A stretch of DNA of 64,000 nt, from assembly GCF_009834535.1 (NCBI RefSeq), contig NC_045696.1, positions 119,972,001-120,036,000 of the forward strand. Direction: 5' to 3'. A program made the position numbers and the translations under genes. Of the stretch, positions 1-12,502 are shown piece by piece. Position 1 is the first letter of the stretch; each line of letters begins with the position of its first letter. Under the pieces are notes generated by a model. That model saw nothing but the letters and a program-made list of their open reading frames with translations, searched no databases and was not told where the DNA came from. This DNA is from Camelus ferus (taxonomy: Eukaryota).

Positions 1-123
1 AGGCGGAGCCGCCCCGAGGAGCCGGCCGAGCTCCCGCTGCCAGCCCGGGACTCGGAGGAGGAGGCGGAGGAGGGGATGGAGCCGGGGCTGGAGGAGGAGG
101 AAGAGGTGGACCCCCGGATCCAG
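1..123 (+). CDS. SH3BP5: SH3BP5 coding exon 1 (partial; start codon upstream of window)
   Basis: Frame 1 reads RRSRPEEPAELPLPARDSEEEAEEGMEPGLEEEEEVDPRIQ; donor CAG|gtaggg at 124; phase 0. Confidence 0.95.
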
Positions 124-760
124 GTAGGGCGCACTGGGGGCGCTCCGATCCCCGCAGCTACAGTCCCGAGTGCCTGCGGCCCGGGCCGGTGGGGGAGGTG
201 TCCACATCAGTCCGAGGGCGATAAGAGAGGTTCTGAATACCAGGTTTCACCCTCACCCGGGTCACGGGGAGGCTGCAGTGCCCGCGTGGACGCGGCCTGA
301 CTCGATCGCAGGGATTCCCCCCGCAGGACCCGGGGTTCGCCAAGCGTGCCAGGCACTGCGGGCGGATGTGCAACAAAGAGAGAAGGGGGCGGGGGCGCCG
401 CGCCGGTATCGGGGCCCTGCCGCTGGCTTTGCGCAGCCTCCTGGCTCCGGGAGCCGGGCCGACCGCGTGGGCGCGGGTTCCCCGGGCGGTGGGCGTCGCC
501 CCTGCAGCTGGGCGGCCACCCAAGCCTGGGGGCGCGAGCCCTCACCTGGCGGAGGTGCCCGGCCTGAGCCAGCTCCCTCCTCCTTTGATTCATTGTTAGC
601 AAACTGAAGGCTTTATTGTCACCACGGCTCAGCCCTCCGCTTGGCCTCCCGTGGTTTAAAACCCAGCTTTTCCCCGTTCTGTGGTCGGGGGTGAACAGAG
701 ATCAGGGACGGCCAGTGCGCAAAGCTGACGCGGGGGGAAGGCGAGGGGGCTGGCCTGGCC
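1..760. promoter_or_regulatory. 3' part of the promoter/exon 1 CpG island
   Basis: Very GC-rich with dense unsuppressed CpGs over exon 1 and the start of intron 1, dropping to AT-rich sequence near 900. Confidence 0.85.
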
Positions 761-1787
761 TCCCTTGCCTTCCTTTTTCCGGGAGATGATTAAAAAACAA
801 TTTCCAAGCCGAGATCTCGTAGTGACAGCTTAACCCCTTCACCCTCCAAGCAAAAAGGCACAGCACACGCCTTTCCAAGGCTCTTTTTTCTACCCTTGCC
901 ATAAATAATTTTTTAAAAAATTACTGCTTTTAAGCATGCGCTGAGATTTCTGGAGATCTAATCGGTTTTTCAGCGCACAGATCAATTAAAAGATCATTTA
1001 ATTCAGCTGTTGCGTTTAAAGGACTTGTTTTTGATAGAACAGCAAGAGAAATACCAGGTGGGAAAAATCTGCATTAAGAATTATACTAAATAAAATCAGT
1101 GTGAACGGACTGACTTGTTTTCTTAGTAGGGGAATTCTATTAACCAGATCCTTTGTTTGCAGAGTAAAATGAGTTAACTTCATGCTGGGTAATTTTTACA
1201 AAATGTCAGTTTGTAAACGTTTGTTTAAAGGGTCAGGATTAAAGCTGGTTTTAGTTGTTGTTTTGTAAACAGCTAGGTAGTTCAGATAATTGGCAGTTTG
1301 AAAAGATTTTCATCTCTATAGAAAAATACTCAACCACAGATGAGTTAATGCCAGAATTCTGCCCTTGATTTAAATCATTTCACTGGGTTTATACTTTTGG
1401 CTTGGCTTTGTTTTCTTTTATTGTCTTTTCTGCAAAGTTCTTGTTTTAAAGCAGGTGTTTTGGTTTTGATTTGGGCCCCTACACCTTTAGTAACAGGTGG
1501 CTTTACCTGAAGGCATATACCTGGAATAAATGACCTTCTAAGAAAAGACAAATTCCTAGGACTTTAAGTCATTTTTGAAAGGGACACTGTGAAGAAAAAG
1601 GTTTCAGAAATGCTGACATTGATTTCCTCTTCCAGTCAAGGCTCTACTGTTTTCTTGAGAATTAATACTGACTCGTCCCTCTTCCTACAAATTGTGCTGG
1701 AGTAATTTTGCAGGTCACGGGCTGAGTCATGCTGGAAACAAAAGACAAACCCCTGAAGTCTTTTTTTCTCTCCTTTTCCTTCATTAG

Positions 1788-1850
1788 GGGGAACTGGAGA
1801 AGTTAAATCAATCCACAGATGATATCAACAGACGGGAGACTGAACTCGAG
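1788..1850 (+). CDS. SH3BP5: SH3BP5 exon 2 (63 nt)
   Basis: Long pyrimidine tract plus ttag acceptor; GELEKLNQSTDDINRRETELE; donor GAG|gtagga. Confidence 0.97.
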
Positions 1851-2334
1851 GTAGGAAAGCGGGGTCCCTGTTCTTGGCGGAGTGATGCCTGGCTGGTTCA
1901 TTTTGTTTTGGTAGCTAGAGGGTGATTGCTGGCGTTCCCTCCTCCAAGTTGAGCAACAGACAGCCTGCTGCCTGACACTGAGCCCGCTGGTGGGTGGGAC
2001 ACATGTGGATCCAATTTCCCAAGGTTTTCATCATGGAGCCTCCGTGGGGCCACAACCAAGGGGTTTACACACCCTGAAGCCCTGAAGTTAAGGTGTCTGT
2101 GGAAAAGTTAAAAGGACTGAGGGGAAGATAAGCACCGTGGACGGTCAGGAAGGAATGAGCTCACAAAAATCTCTTAAATATGTTAACGTTTGTACTTGGA
2201 CATACTGTGTGTTTCCTTGGGAAGACTTATACCTTCTTTGACTTTCCAGCCCTAATGATTCCCCCCGCCTTCTACTTCTCTGCTTGTTTCTTTATTATCT
2301 GCTTCTGTGTAAAATATAGTTATTTTTAGAATTT

Positions 2335-2475
2335 ATTTTAAAAAATTATTTATTTATTTGGGGGGTAATTCAATTATTTACTTATTTATTTATTTCAGTG
2401 GGGGTGGTACTTGGGATTGAACCCGGGACCTCGTGCATGCTAAGATACACCACTGAGATATACCCTCCCTGCCCA
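2335..2475 (-). mobile_element. Vic-1-type tRNA-Ala SINE (small internal deletion)
   Basis: Reverse complement gives gggagggtatatctcagtgg...cttagcatgcacgaggtcccgggttcaatccc plus an AT-rich tail. Confidence 0.85.
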
Positions 2476-3185
2476 CAATGTAATTACCTTAATGGCAATG
2501 AAAAGCTGTTTAGGCTGGGAAGGGCTTTCTGCTGGGAAAAATCTTGGGAAACTTGGGAGAACTTGATGTCACTTTCATGAGCATCTTCCAACCTGAGTTG
2601 GAACAGATTCGAATACTCTGTTAGTCTGGGTCCCTCAGCAGTAGGGGTTGGTTTTACCATCCGTCATCCCCTGCTTTTGTCTGAGAGCCCGTGGGTGGCT
2701 GTCAGGGAGCTGTGGGAGGACCTGTTTCTGGGGCAGGAGGAAAGGCAGGGAGGGTGGGGCGGACAGGGCAGGGAAGCGCTGGTCCCTGAGAATGAGGGGG
2801 TGGGGGATAGGAATGTAATCTACCAGCAACACACTGGCAGCCTTGACTTCTGACTGCGGGTGGAGGCCATCTGGATGTGGCCCTGGAGGGTACAAACTTG
2901 TTTTCTGAGCTGTGTGTGAAGGGATCTCGCTAACCACTCGATTCTGATGATCGGCATCTGTGAACACTGGCTGCTCTGCTCCCCCAAGTGAAGTAAGGTC
3001 TGCATGTTTAAATTTTTTCTACTTAGGATGATTCAGTTCTCTTTGTCAGGCAGTTGAATCTCTCAGGATCTCAGATTTGTAGTAAGTTCTACAGCAACAC
3101 CCTCACCGTTTCTGTTGGCATTTGGCGTTTACAAAGTGTTTTTTTACCAGCTTTATTTCCTTCTGTCCTGTCCAACAGCCCAGAG

Positions 3186-3512
3186 CTGTGCTGTCCAGAA
3201 TGGCAGCCTCTAGTCACACGTGGCTATTTGAGTTTATTTTTTATTTTAACTTTATTTTATTATTATTTCTTAAATTGAACTACAGTCAGTTACAGTGTGT
3301 CAGTTTCGGGTGTCCAGCACAATGTCCCAGTCATGCATATATCCATTTTCATATTCTTTTTCATTAATATATTTAGATTTAAATTAATTACAATGAAATA
3401 AGATTGAAAATTCAGTTCCTGTGTTACGGTAGCCCAGTTTCAAGGCCTCGGTAGCCACTGTATCGGACAGATCAGAGGACACTTCCATCATGGTAGAAAG
3501 TTTGGACAGCGT
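3186..3512 (-). mobile_element. MER3-like hAT MITE interrupted by a short L1 3' fragment (about 3232-3368)
   Basis: gctgtcc...cacacgtggctattt...aaattcagttcct...ccatcatggtagaaagtt..ggacagcg matches recalled MER3; the insert has the L1 3'UTR terminus signature. Confidence 0.75.
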
Positions 3513-4199
3513 GGGCCTGCCGGGTAGGGAGGCGGGGCCACCTCTTCTCCAGGGCCAGGACGCAGAAGCTCAGCATCCTTACAGCCAGTGTCACCGCAGA
3601 GCCCGGTCATTTTCCCAATCCCTTCCAGCTCCGGATTCTGCCCTCCCAATACAGACAGACAAGTTAGAAATAGTCCTTTTTTTTAAATTCAAAGTATTGA
3701 TTTCTTCATTCAACAAAGATCTGCGGGGTTCCTCACTGCTGGCCACTGTTCTGGTAACCCATCTTCCGAGGGTCCCATGGTTTCCTCTCTTAACTCAGTG
3801 CAGCCCTGATTTCCGAATCTCCTTTCTGAACACACTTAGGTATCAGTGTGTCACCGGAAGCCATGGGACAGGTGTTTCCTGCCTGGCTCCGCAGAGCACT
3901 TGGCAGCAGCCAAGAGCCGGGAATCACTGCTGGCCTGTGACGCTGGGTGACCTTTCCATGGTATTATTACAACCAAGGTGGACTCATCCAAGTGTAATGC
4001 AGGCTCTGGAGGTCACTAAAACTTCCTGAGCAGCTATGTTAAAGAGTAACAAAGAGCTCCTTCTTGGTGTGTGTCTTATTGTGTGAGGTTGCTGTGATTG
4101 AGATGGTTAAATACATGCTAATTTAAAAATGCAAATGTTTTGCATTTGATTTCTACCAAGGGTTGAAATGTTGAGAGATGATTTAAAACATAACAATTG

Positions 4200-4742
4200 T
4201 TTTCCATTGTTTAAAAAAAGTAACAAACAGCTGAAATTAATTTTTTTCTCCTCTTTTTTGTTTTTTTGGGGGGATCATTAGGTTTATTCAATTTTATTTA
4301 TTCAAACCTTTTTTTTGAAGTATAGTTGATTTACACTGTTAGTTTCAGGTGTACAACAGAGTGATTCAGTTATACATATACATACATACACATATATGTT
4401 TTAAGATGCTTTTCCATTATATGTTATTACAAGAACTTATTTATTTTTAATGAAGGTACTGGGGATTGAATTCAGGACCTTGTATGTGCTAAGCATGTGC
4501 TCTACCACTGAGCTACACCTTCCCCCCACTTAAAATTAATTGTAACCTAGTTCCTTTAACCCAGAATGTCCAAGGTAGTATAATTTCAATAAGGAACCAT
4601 ACAAAACATTAATGAGATGTCTTTCCTGTATTTTTGTACCCTGGCTTCAAAATCTTGGGTGTATTTTCCACTTAGAGTACATCTGTCGTGGACTGGCCAC
4701 TTTCGGAGCTCTCAGGTGCTGCAGTGGGCAGCCCAGGGCTAC
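4200..4742 (+). mobile_element. MER33-like hAT MITE split by a SINE
   Basis: aaaaaagtaacaaacagctgaaattaat / tttaacccagaatgtccaa...attaatgagat...gtgtattttccactta...ggactggccac. Confidence 0.7.
4242..4528 (-). mobile_element. Vic-1-type SINE with an L1 3' fragment (about 4305-4435) in its tail
   Basis: SINE head at about 4450-4528, tail block at 4268-4290, L1 text gaagtatagttgatttaca...ttattacaaga between them; flanks ctgaaattaat / ctaaaattaat. Confidence 0.85.
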
Positions 4743-5229
4743 AGAGGGCTGGGTGGTTTTCAGCCTTAAGCCAGGCTCTCTGGACACTTCCTCTTTGGTG
4801 GGGCTGCATCCCTTTGGGTGAGCCCTGGGCACCGACCCTGTGTCGGATATGGGTGTGAACCTCAGGGAGTTGGCGTTTCAGTTGGGAGTGGGGAGTGGAG
4901 AGGTGGCTAAGAATTACTGATGATCACAACTCCAGTAGGAGAATGACATGACAGAGGAGTTTCGGGAAGATGCCCTCGCAGAAGCCTGCCTGGCCAGGGA
5001 GCTGGTTTGTGGCGCTGCAGATGGAGAGAGCTGCAGGGGTGCTGGGGGCGCATGCCAAAGGATGCGGGGCAGAGAGCCACTGCCTGAGTCCACGGCCTGG
5101 CCTCCTCCTGTGGTCCTTGTCTCTGGAGTGCTGGGAAACTTGAACTAGTGACGACAGAACCCCGGCTCCCCGGGGCGACGTTGTGTCCTGATCTCGGGAT
5201 CTTAACCCTCATTTAGGCTCCCGAGAGCT

Positions 5230-5755
5230 TTGGGTCCAACATCTTCATCCACTGTTCAGCATGCAGCGTTGTTTTCTGTGTGCTTCTCTGTAAAGACGCT
5301 GTATTTCATGTATATTACTGGTTCATTCATGTTGATCTCACTGCCATGAACTCACCATGACTCGACCTAAACAAGGCTCACTGGACACGCTCTCTCCGTT
5401 GGCTCATCACAGCTTTCTTGGGCTCAGGACCCTAAATAGCACTTTGGCACTAGGCTTTTGTGGAGAGGGGTGGTGTTATAAACTGCAAAATCACCAACAC
5501 AAAGCACAAAAATACAGAAACTATGGCACCAAATGGACCAATTAAACGGCGCTGTTTATAGCATGGGAGCGGACACAGGGCACAGAGTGTCTCTGTCCTC
5601 CTCCCTAGGACCGGGCATGGGGGCAGCTGACATTTCTTACTGCTCTGCCCAGGTTCACGAATGACTGCAGAGCAGTGCAGTATGGATTTTGGAGTAAGTT
5701 TGAGTGATTAGGCAGATTCACAAATTTGGAATCCACAAGTGAGGAGGATTGACTG
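5230..5755 (+). mobile_element. MER82-like Tigger (TcMar) non-autonomous element
   Basis: Ends ...ggcagattcacaaatttggaatccacaagtgaggaggattgactg, like the recalled MER82 terminus; internal gcaaaatcaccaac..aagcacaaaaat block. Confidence 0.7.
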
Positions 5756-5822
5756 GATATAATTTCGGAGCCTCCAGAGGAGGGTCTTTTTCTGTCTGTG
5801 TTTCCTTTCCCTTTGCTTTTTT

Positions 5823-5873
5823 TTTTAACTTTTTTTTTATTGAGTTACAGTCATTTTACAACGTTGTGTCAAA
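5823..5873 (-). mobile_element. Ultra-truncated L1 3' tip
   Basis: attgagttacagtcattttacaacgttgtgtcaaa flanked by direct repeat tccctttgctttttt (5808-5822 and 5874-5888). Confidence 0.75.
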
Positions 5874-5949
5874 TCCCTTTGCTTTTTTGATGGTGGTCTG
5901 GCACCACTACCCCTCGCCAACTTCGACTGATTGATTAGGGAATTAGTGA

Positions 5950-6422
5950 CCCAGTGTTCATAACAGCACTATTTACAATAGCCAAAACATGGAAACAACC
6001 TAAATGTCCAGCGAGAGATGGCTGGATAAAGAAGTTGTGGTATATTTATAGAATGGAATACTACTCAGCCATAAAAAGGATAAAATAATGCCATTTGCAG
6101 CAACATAGATAGACTCGGAGGGCATTATGCTAAGTGAATTAGGTCAGATAGAAAGACAAATGCTATATATCACTTACATGTGAATCTAAAAAATACAGCA
6201 AACTAGTGAATGTAACAAAAAAGGAGACTCACAGAGAGAACAAACTAGTGCTTACCAGTGGGGAGAGGAAGGAGGTATTAGGGGGTGTGGGAATTGGGGG
6301 GATAAGCTATCGAGTGTAAGAAGGCTCAAGGATGTACTGTGCAACACGGGGAATACAGCCAGTATTTTGTAATAACTGTAAATGGAAAGTAACTTTCAAA
6401 ATTGTATATAAATTTTCAAAAA
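5950..6422 (+). mobile_element. L1 fragment (ORF2 C-terminal end plus 3'UTR)
   Basis: gcactatttacaatagccaaaacatggaaacaacctaaatgtcca...atggaatactactcagccataaaaa...atgccatttgcagcaac. Confidence 0.9.
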
Positions 6423-7647
6423 GTGAATGGGTGATGATTTGTGGCACAGTTGTCTCTGGGCAGCTGTAGCTGAGGGGTAGGCTGGGATTCACTTTTGGGT
6501 CCCATTCAGTGTCTCGGCTGCTTAAATGGGAGATGACCGAAGGTGTCTGATGCCGGCCGCCTGCCCTGTTGCTTGGTGGGCATCTGCCCCTCCCGCAACC
6601 TTGGTTTGCCTCTGACCTCTTCTGAACGGTGGGCTGTCCTCTTGGCACTCTGGTCTATATTGAGAGACCTGACCTTTTTCAGCTGTAGAAGGGAGTAACC
6701 TTTTAACCAGAGAGGCTCTTGGATGTAAGCCTGATGTTTCAAGCTAAGAAAATTCTTGTGTTTTCCCACGGACACATTGGGTAATCAGCTTTAACTATTA
6801 ACTCATTGAGTTTTTCTTAAGCATATCTAGAGGGAGTGGGCCTCGGGGCCATGTGGGGGAAGGAGTAGCCCGTGTTCCGGTGGGAGCCAAGCCACCTGGC
6901 TGGGGACCAGCGAGGGGGCCGCGGTTCCAGGGGTGGTGTGAATGATGGGTAGAGAAACCGGTAATTTGGTGTGTGGCAGCCCTGCCGGGTGAGGGAGTCC
7001 AAGCAGGGGTGCTGACCTACTTTTACAGGGCATACCCGACGGAGCCATCTCTCCTCACATGTTTGTTAGAACAAGAGGCAGCACAGAGAGTTTCTAAATC
7101 GTCGTAATCACGATTTGTCATTATCCACGCTGGTTATTTATTTTTTAATTTGATGATGTGTAGTGTTTTATCGTTTTATCCTCCCTTCCTCTGGAGACGG
7201 GCTATTCTAGGGGCAAGAGGGAGGACTCGGCCAGGCCGAGTTACCCATAGACAGCTTTTCTGATTCTGAGGCATCAGAAGCTGGCTTTTCCAGCCCGCCC
7301 TTCCCCAGGGAGGCAAAGGCAACTCATTGTAAACGGTTGTCCTCTGTCCTTCACCGCCAGGGTGGGGGCGGTTGGAGACAGCATTTGATTCTGGACATCT
7401 GTGTTCCTCCAGCTTGCTGAAGGCCTGCCCCCAGAATCTGCCTTTTCCTCTGCCAGAAACTAGCAAATGTTTTCTCTTTAAAAAAAAAAAAAAGAAGAAG
7501 AAGAAGACTGTTTGGAGCTGGGAAACTTGGGGTGGGGGTGAATTGGAAGCAGCCCGGCCCCTCGTGATGAATTATTAGCACAAGTCAGGGGAAGTGGGAA
7601 GTTCTTTTCTGAAAGGACAGTGTTGTCACATCTTAGCACAGTCTCCT

Positions 7648-7655
7648 TTAAGGGG

Positions 7656-7727
<72 letters not shown>
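7648..7727. repeat. Compound (GT)n(GA)n microsatellite
   Basis: Directly visible. Confidence 0.95.
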
Positions 7728-7728
<1 letters not shown>

Positions 7729-8639
7729 TGGCAGCCTGTCCCTCTTTGTATCCAGGTGAGATCTGATTCGAGTCAACAGTGGCCTGGAGGCGTTCATGTA
7801 CTGAGCCGGAGGCCCTCCTGTGGGCTGTGCGGCTCCTGGGTTCAAGCCTGCGGCCACAGAGTCTCACAGTGGGGGCCTGGGCCGGGTCTCGTGGGGAGCC
7901 AGGGGAGGCTTTGCTGCACTAAGGGGCACTGGCGTCAAGGCGGGGGGACCCCAAGTTGTTTGCGAGTGGCCTGTGCGCAGTGCAGTGCCTGTAGCCAGTG
8001 CAGTGCTGGGTGGGGAGCATTGTTGACAAGACCCTTTGGTCCTTGGCTGGTTGTAAAGATGAACACACTTGAGGTCTTTTCTGGACCTCTGGGTGGCCCA
8101 GCTGCTGCTGCTGTCCCCACGGCTCCGACCTGAGGCTAGGCTGTCAGAGTAGTAGGCCTTAAGCTTCCTGCTTTGGTGAGTGTCCCCCACACCGCTGCTG
8201 GAATGTCAGGGGCAGGAACTTTTGACTCAGCAGTTGCACTTGTAAGAATTGATTCTAAGGGAATAACTGAGTGAGGACACTGCTCCTAGTGTTCAATGCA
8301 GCCTTGTTTCCAAAGGTTGGAAGATCGTGACTCTACATGACTATTGTTGGCGGGGCGGGGAGGGGGGTGGTGAGGAGGAGGGGATTGGTGAGGTGGGTGA
8401 ATCCCAAGCACAAGCGTTGGCTGAGAGAATCCAGGTCTCAAGATGATGACACGGCTTGTTATTAACCTAGAAGGGCAGCTGAGTGGAAAAAAGCAGGTTC
8501 CAAAAGGCTCTAGTGTGATGTGCTTCTAAAAACTAGGTTTAAATGCCAAGTGCCTGGAAGGAATTACATGCCGGTTGTTATACCTGGTGAGAGAGGAGCG
8601 AAATTTATTGTCTTTATCCTTTTCTATGTCTTCTGAATT

Positions 8640-8766
8640 TGTTTGTTTTTGGTGGTTGGGGGGAGGTAATTAGGTTTGTTTATGTATTTAATGGAGGTAC
8701 TGGGGACTGAACCCAGGACCTCGTGCATGCTAGGAACGCGCTCTACCACTGAGCTATACCCTCCCC
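8640..8766 (-). mobile_element. Vic-1-type SINE
   Basis: Near-canonical tRNA-Ala(AGC)-like head plus ggaggtaattaggttt tail; degenerate TSD ending tctgaatt. Confidence 0.92.
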
Positions 8767-9377
8767 ACCATATCGTCTGAATTACTTGCATTGAATTTGT
8801 ATTACTTTATAGTGAGAGGGAGGGAAAAACCCAAACCCAAGGCCATGGGGAAGGGGTGGATAGGGGTATGATTGGTCTTAGCACTGGGTGACGTAGGTTA
8901 AAGCCTGAGGGCTGCTGACCTGCGACACCCTTGGCCCCTTGGAGCCAGAGTCACCTCATCTGTGAATTGGAGTTGTGATTCTTCCCTTGGTGGCCTGGAG
9001 GACCAGAGAAGGTGCTCTAGGGGAGGAAAGGCTTCCTGCGTGCAGGGCTGGCGGGGACTGCCAGGGCCCCCTGGTGCAGATGCAGGGAAGGCTCTGACGA
9101 GATGCCCCCCGAGGCCGTGGTGTTTCTTTGTCAGAGACTGGCTCTGGGCACGGTGCCGGACGGAGGGCTCATAAGGCCAGGATTACAGCAGGATGGACTT
9201 TGTAGTCACGGGAGCAACAGGGCTTGGCTCAGTAGCCGATCAGCTGGGGTGTGGAAATCAGTTCGTTGCCCTGTCTGAGCCCTGCTGTGTTAGGATGTAT
9301 CTCCCCCTGGGATTTGCCTGGCATGTAATAGGTGCCAAATAGCTTTTTGAGTGAATGAATGTCAACAGATGGCCCCT

Positions 9378-9445
9378 TCATGGCTGTGTGACCTTGGGCA
9401 AGTTACTAAACGTCTCTGGGCCTCAGTCTCCTCATCCCAATGGTG
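9378..9445 (+). mobile_element. MIR core fragment
   Basis: ggctgtgtgaccttgggcaagttactaaacgtctctgggcctcagtctcctcatc. Confidence 0.8.
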
Positions 9446-9597
9446 GTACGTAGTAAGCCATCAATAAATGTCATTGATGGGGGCATGCAGGTGAGGGCCG
9501 CAGTGAGGTGGGTACTCGCAGGAAGGACTTGTGTCCATCCTGGAGTGTCTTTCCTGCTTGTTTTGGTCTCTTAGCTGCTCTTCAATAATAATGACAG

Positions 9598-9631
9598 CAA
9601 TAATAATGATGATGATGATGATGATGATGAT
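9598..9631. repeat. (AAT)n(GAT)n microsatellite at the end of a minus-strand MIR remnant (about 9630-9755)
   Basis: Directly visible; followed by gtgcctaccctgtgccag...aaaactgaggcac. Confidence 0.8.
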
Positions 9632-9774
9632 GTGCCTACCCTGTGCCAGACCCCGATCTAAGCACTGTGCTTCCAGAAACTCACTGTCCTCAGCTCAGCT
9701 TTATGCGCTAGACACTGTCACCCGTTCTGCTGATAACAAAACTGAGGCACCGAGTTCAAGTCTCTTGCTCTTGA

Positions 9775-9979
9775 GAAGTTGCTCACCTGCTCTGCGGACA
9801 TGGTCTGTTGTCATTCTTTGTGTGATGGGCTGTCCTGTCCATTGGAGGAGATTTAGCCCCGTGGATGTACTAGGCACCAGTAACAGCCTCCCACCGCCCC
9901 CAGTTGGGATAGCCAGACACTTCTCCAGACTTGCCAGTATTCCCTGGGGTGCAGAGTTGCCCCTGGTTGTGAACCACTG
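9775..9979. mobile_element. MER20-like hAT MITE, followed by a MER5A-like remnant (about 9985-10120)
   Basis: attctttgtgtgatgggctgtcctgtccattg...tctccagacttgcca...gcccctggttgtgaaccactg; then gaatcttaggccccatccagacctgctga. Confidence 0.75.
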
Positions 9980-12502
9980 CCCTGGAGCAGTGCCATCGAA
10001 GTGAGGTCCTTGCCCTGCTGACACAGGACGTTGTCAGAGTTACAGAATCTTAGGCCCCATCCAGACCTGCTGACGCAGAATCTCTGGAGGGAGGGGGGCG
10101 GAGCCTGTCTTAACCAGCACTACGTGCTCATGCATATCTCACGCATATGCATTAGGCCATATTGCGGTCATTTGTGTACCTGTCTGGCGCCCGCCCCCCC
10201 CCCCCCCCCGGCCCCTGGAGGGAGGGGCCCAGCCCCGCACCTTGTGCCTCCGCATCTCTCGCAGTGCCTGCACACAGGGGTACAGTGAATGTCGGGGTGA
10301 AAGGATCCAGTCTGTGGTTAGAGTCAGACACCCTGTGGGCTCATCACTGTCAGCCTGGTCATACGTGGTGTCCTGCAGACAGGCAGGTTCCCTTGCCCTA
10401 GTGCTCTGGAATTGCACCCGTACCCCCGCTGTCCAGAGGCAGGGCCAACCCTGGGCAGCACAGCAACTTTGGTAAAAGCACCGCCTGGAACCTCCTTCCT
10501 CTCCCCGAAGTCCCTCCCTCCCAGAGGTCTTAGCTTAGGAAATATGAGGGTTTTAAGAGTGGCCTTTCCCATCAAAATAGGATGATGTGTGTGGCTATGA
10601 ACAAATGGCCATGATCTATTTAGTGGAAAAAAATTCTGGTGGGAAAAAATGATACAAAGCTTGTGTAGAGTATACAGTCAAAGAATTTGTGCATATAAGA
10701 GAAAAAAGGTCTAGAACAGAGATTGACATCATGGTCCCAGACTAGAACTTCTTGTTACGAGTTAAGGTGAAGTACCTACAGAAATTGGAGAGTAAGACTT
10801 TGGAAACGTTTCCTTTTAGCAGTTTGGCGTTGCCCTAACGCCCAAGCAGCATTTCGCTTTCCCCGCTTACTTTTACTGTATTCTGCAGCAGTGCTGATTC
10901 TCATTGGTCGGGGGTGGGGCGGGGTCGGGGGGGGGGGGACTCATTACCACATAGTTTGAGGAGCATGGCTCTAGAAAAATGTACCCTCAGGGGTTACTAG
11001 CGGTTACAGCTGGTTGCAAAGAATGCTGGTGACTTTTACGTTTTTCATTTCTCCATATTTTCTGCATCCTTTACAATGGCCCTATTTGATCATTTTCCTC
11101 AGCAGGGCGTGAGGGTCGAGAATGAAGCACTATTATGAAAAGATGCCTTTGTGGGTCCAAGAAATGAATTTCTAGGGAAGGAATTTTAGGAACGATGAAG
11201 GCTGATGGGGAAAAAAACCTTCCAGATTGGTAGTCCCTGCCTTCACTGTGGATAAACCCTGATGTAGGTGGGTTTGCTTTGTGAATTGCTGTACTTCTAA
11301 GCTCTCACTCTGGTAATTCATGGAGGGATGAAAAGTGCTTTAAAAGGTATTTTAAGATTGTCTGCCCCCAAGAAATCCTCATTTATAAAATACAAAGCAG
11401 TCACCAAGATAGAATGGTGGGAAATGTTTCAAATATTAAGAATATTTAGATATTCAAATTTTGTTACTGTATGAATTTGAGGATCAGCATCCTTCCTACA
11501 TGGATAAAGGCTTGTAGGCACATTCAGGCTCTAGTACAGCGTCATTCACTGCAGTCACTTAGCGAAATGATATTAGTGTGGGCTGTTGGCTAGAATATAG
11601 AAATAGCTCTCAATATTGAGGTGGAGTCTACTGCCTTGAAAAACATCAGATGTGTTTTCCTTTTAAGCTTTACAGACCCATGAGATAGTCCGTAAACCTT
11701 GCTGGTCCCTCAGCCAGAACTTGCTGTTCTAGTACAAGCAGGCTTTTCTGTAGGGACGTGACCGTACCCCCAGGTTTACGCAAGACGCTCCAGGGGTCCA
11801 TAGAGTCTTCAAATCCCCCTGTTGCCAGAGAGCTGTGGTCCCTGTGGGCTGTAGCCTTTAAATATCAAGCTGTTCTTTTTCCTTCCGAGCATTTGTTGCA
11901 GGGACCTTTAACATCGCGGTGTATTTGTGTGTGTTTGGGTTGGATGCATTAAATGTCTATTGAAACGTCATCCTCTGGCAGGCATCCCAGTTATCTGTGC
12001 CCGGCCCTCCTCTCTGAGAGTCGCTGGATCTGCCTATCGCCTGGTAGATGTTTGCAGCAGTAAAAACTGTATCAAAGACTGTATCCCTTTTATGCATCCT
12101 ACCCAGGAATCTCAGGGTAATTTGAAAAGTGGCTCTCTGAGAGCTCAGAGAACCAGCCTCTTTCATTTCCTTAAAGAAAAGTGGATAAAATTTTTGTTTT
12201 ATTCCTACCTAATTTTTTTCCCCTTTGCTGTGTTTTGCTGGATTATCCAAGAGATACTCACGTTTGCTCTGACAGAAAGAAGCTGTCAGCAGGGAGGCCA
12301 TGGGAGGAACATCCGCTGTTACAATCACAGCCAAGCCCACCTCATGTAAACGCGCACTGTTTGGCATCACACTCACCCGAAGCACGTGTACCTGGCCCTT
12401 GTGTTGCCCGCACTCAAAACAGATTCGAAGCCGGCAGATTGGATGGTCTTCTCCCTGGTTTTTGGCTTTTTTGGAAGAAGGCATGAAAGAGATGCCTTCC
12501 TT

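Noticed and set aside
158..607. Overlapping ORFs on both strands in the CpG island
   Set aside because: Stop codons are scarce in very GC-rich DNA; the products are low-complexity with no family similarity.
8690..8766. tRNA-Ala(AGC)-like sequences (this copy and 14 others) as true tRNA genes
   Set aside because: They carry A-rich SINE tails, TSDs and scattered stem-breaking mutations, so they are SINE copies.
9531..10004. ORF with a poly-Met run
   Set aside because: It is a (GAT)n microsatellite followed by MIR and MER20 sequence.
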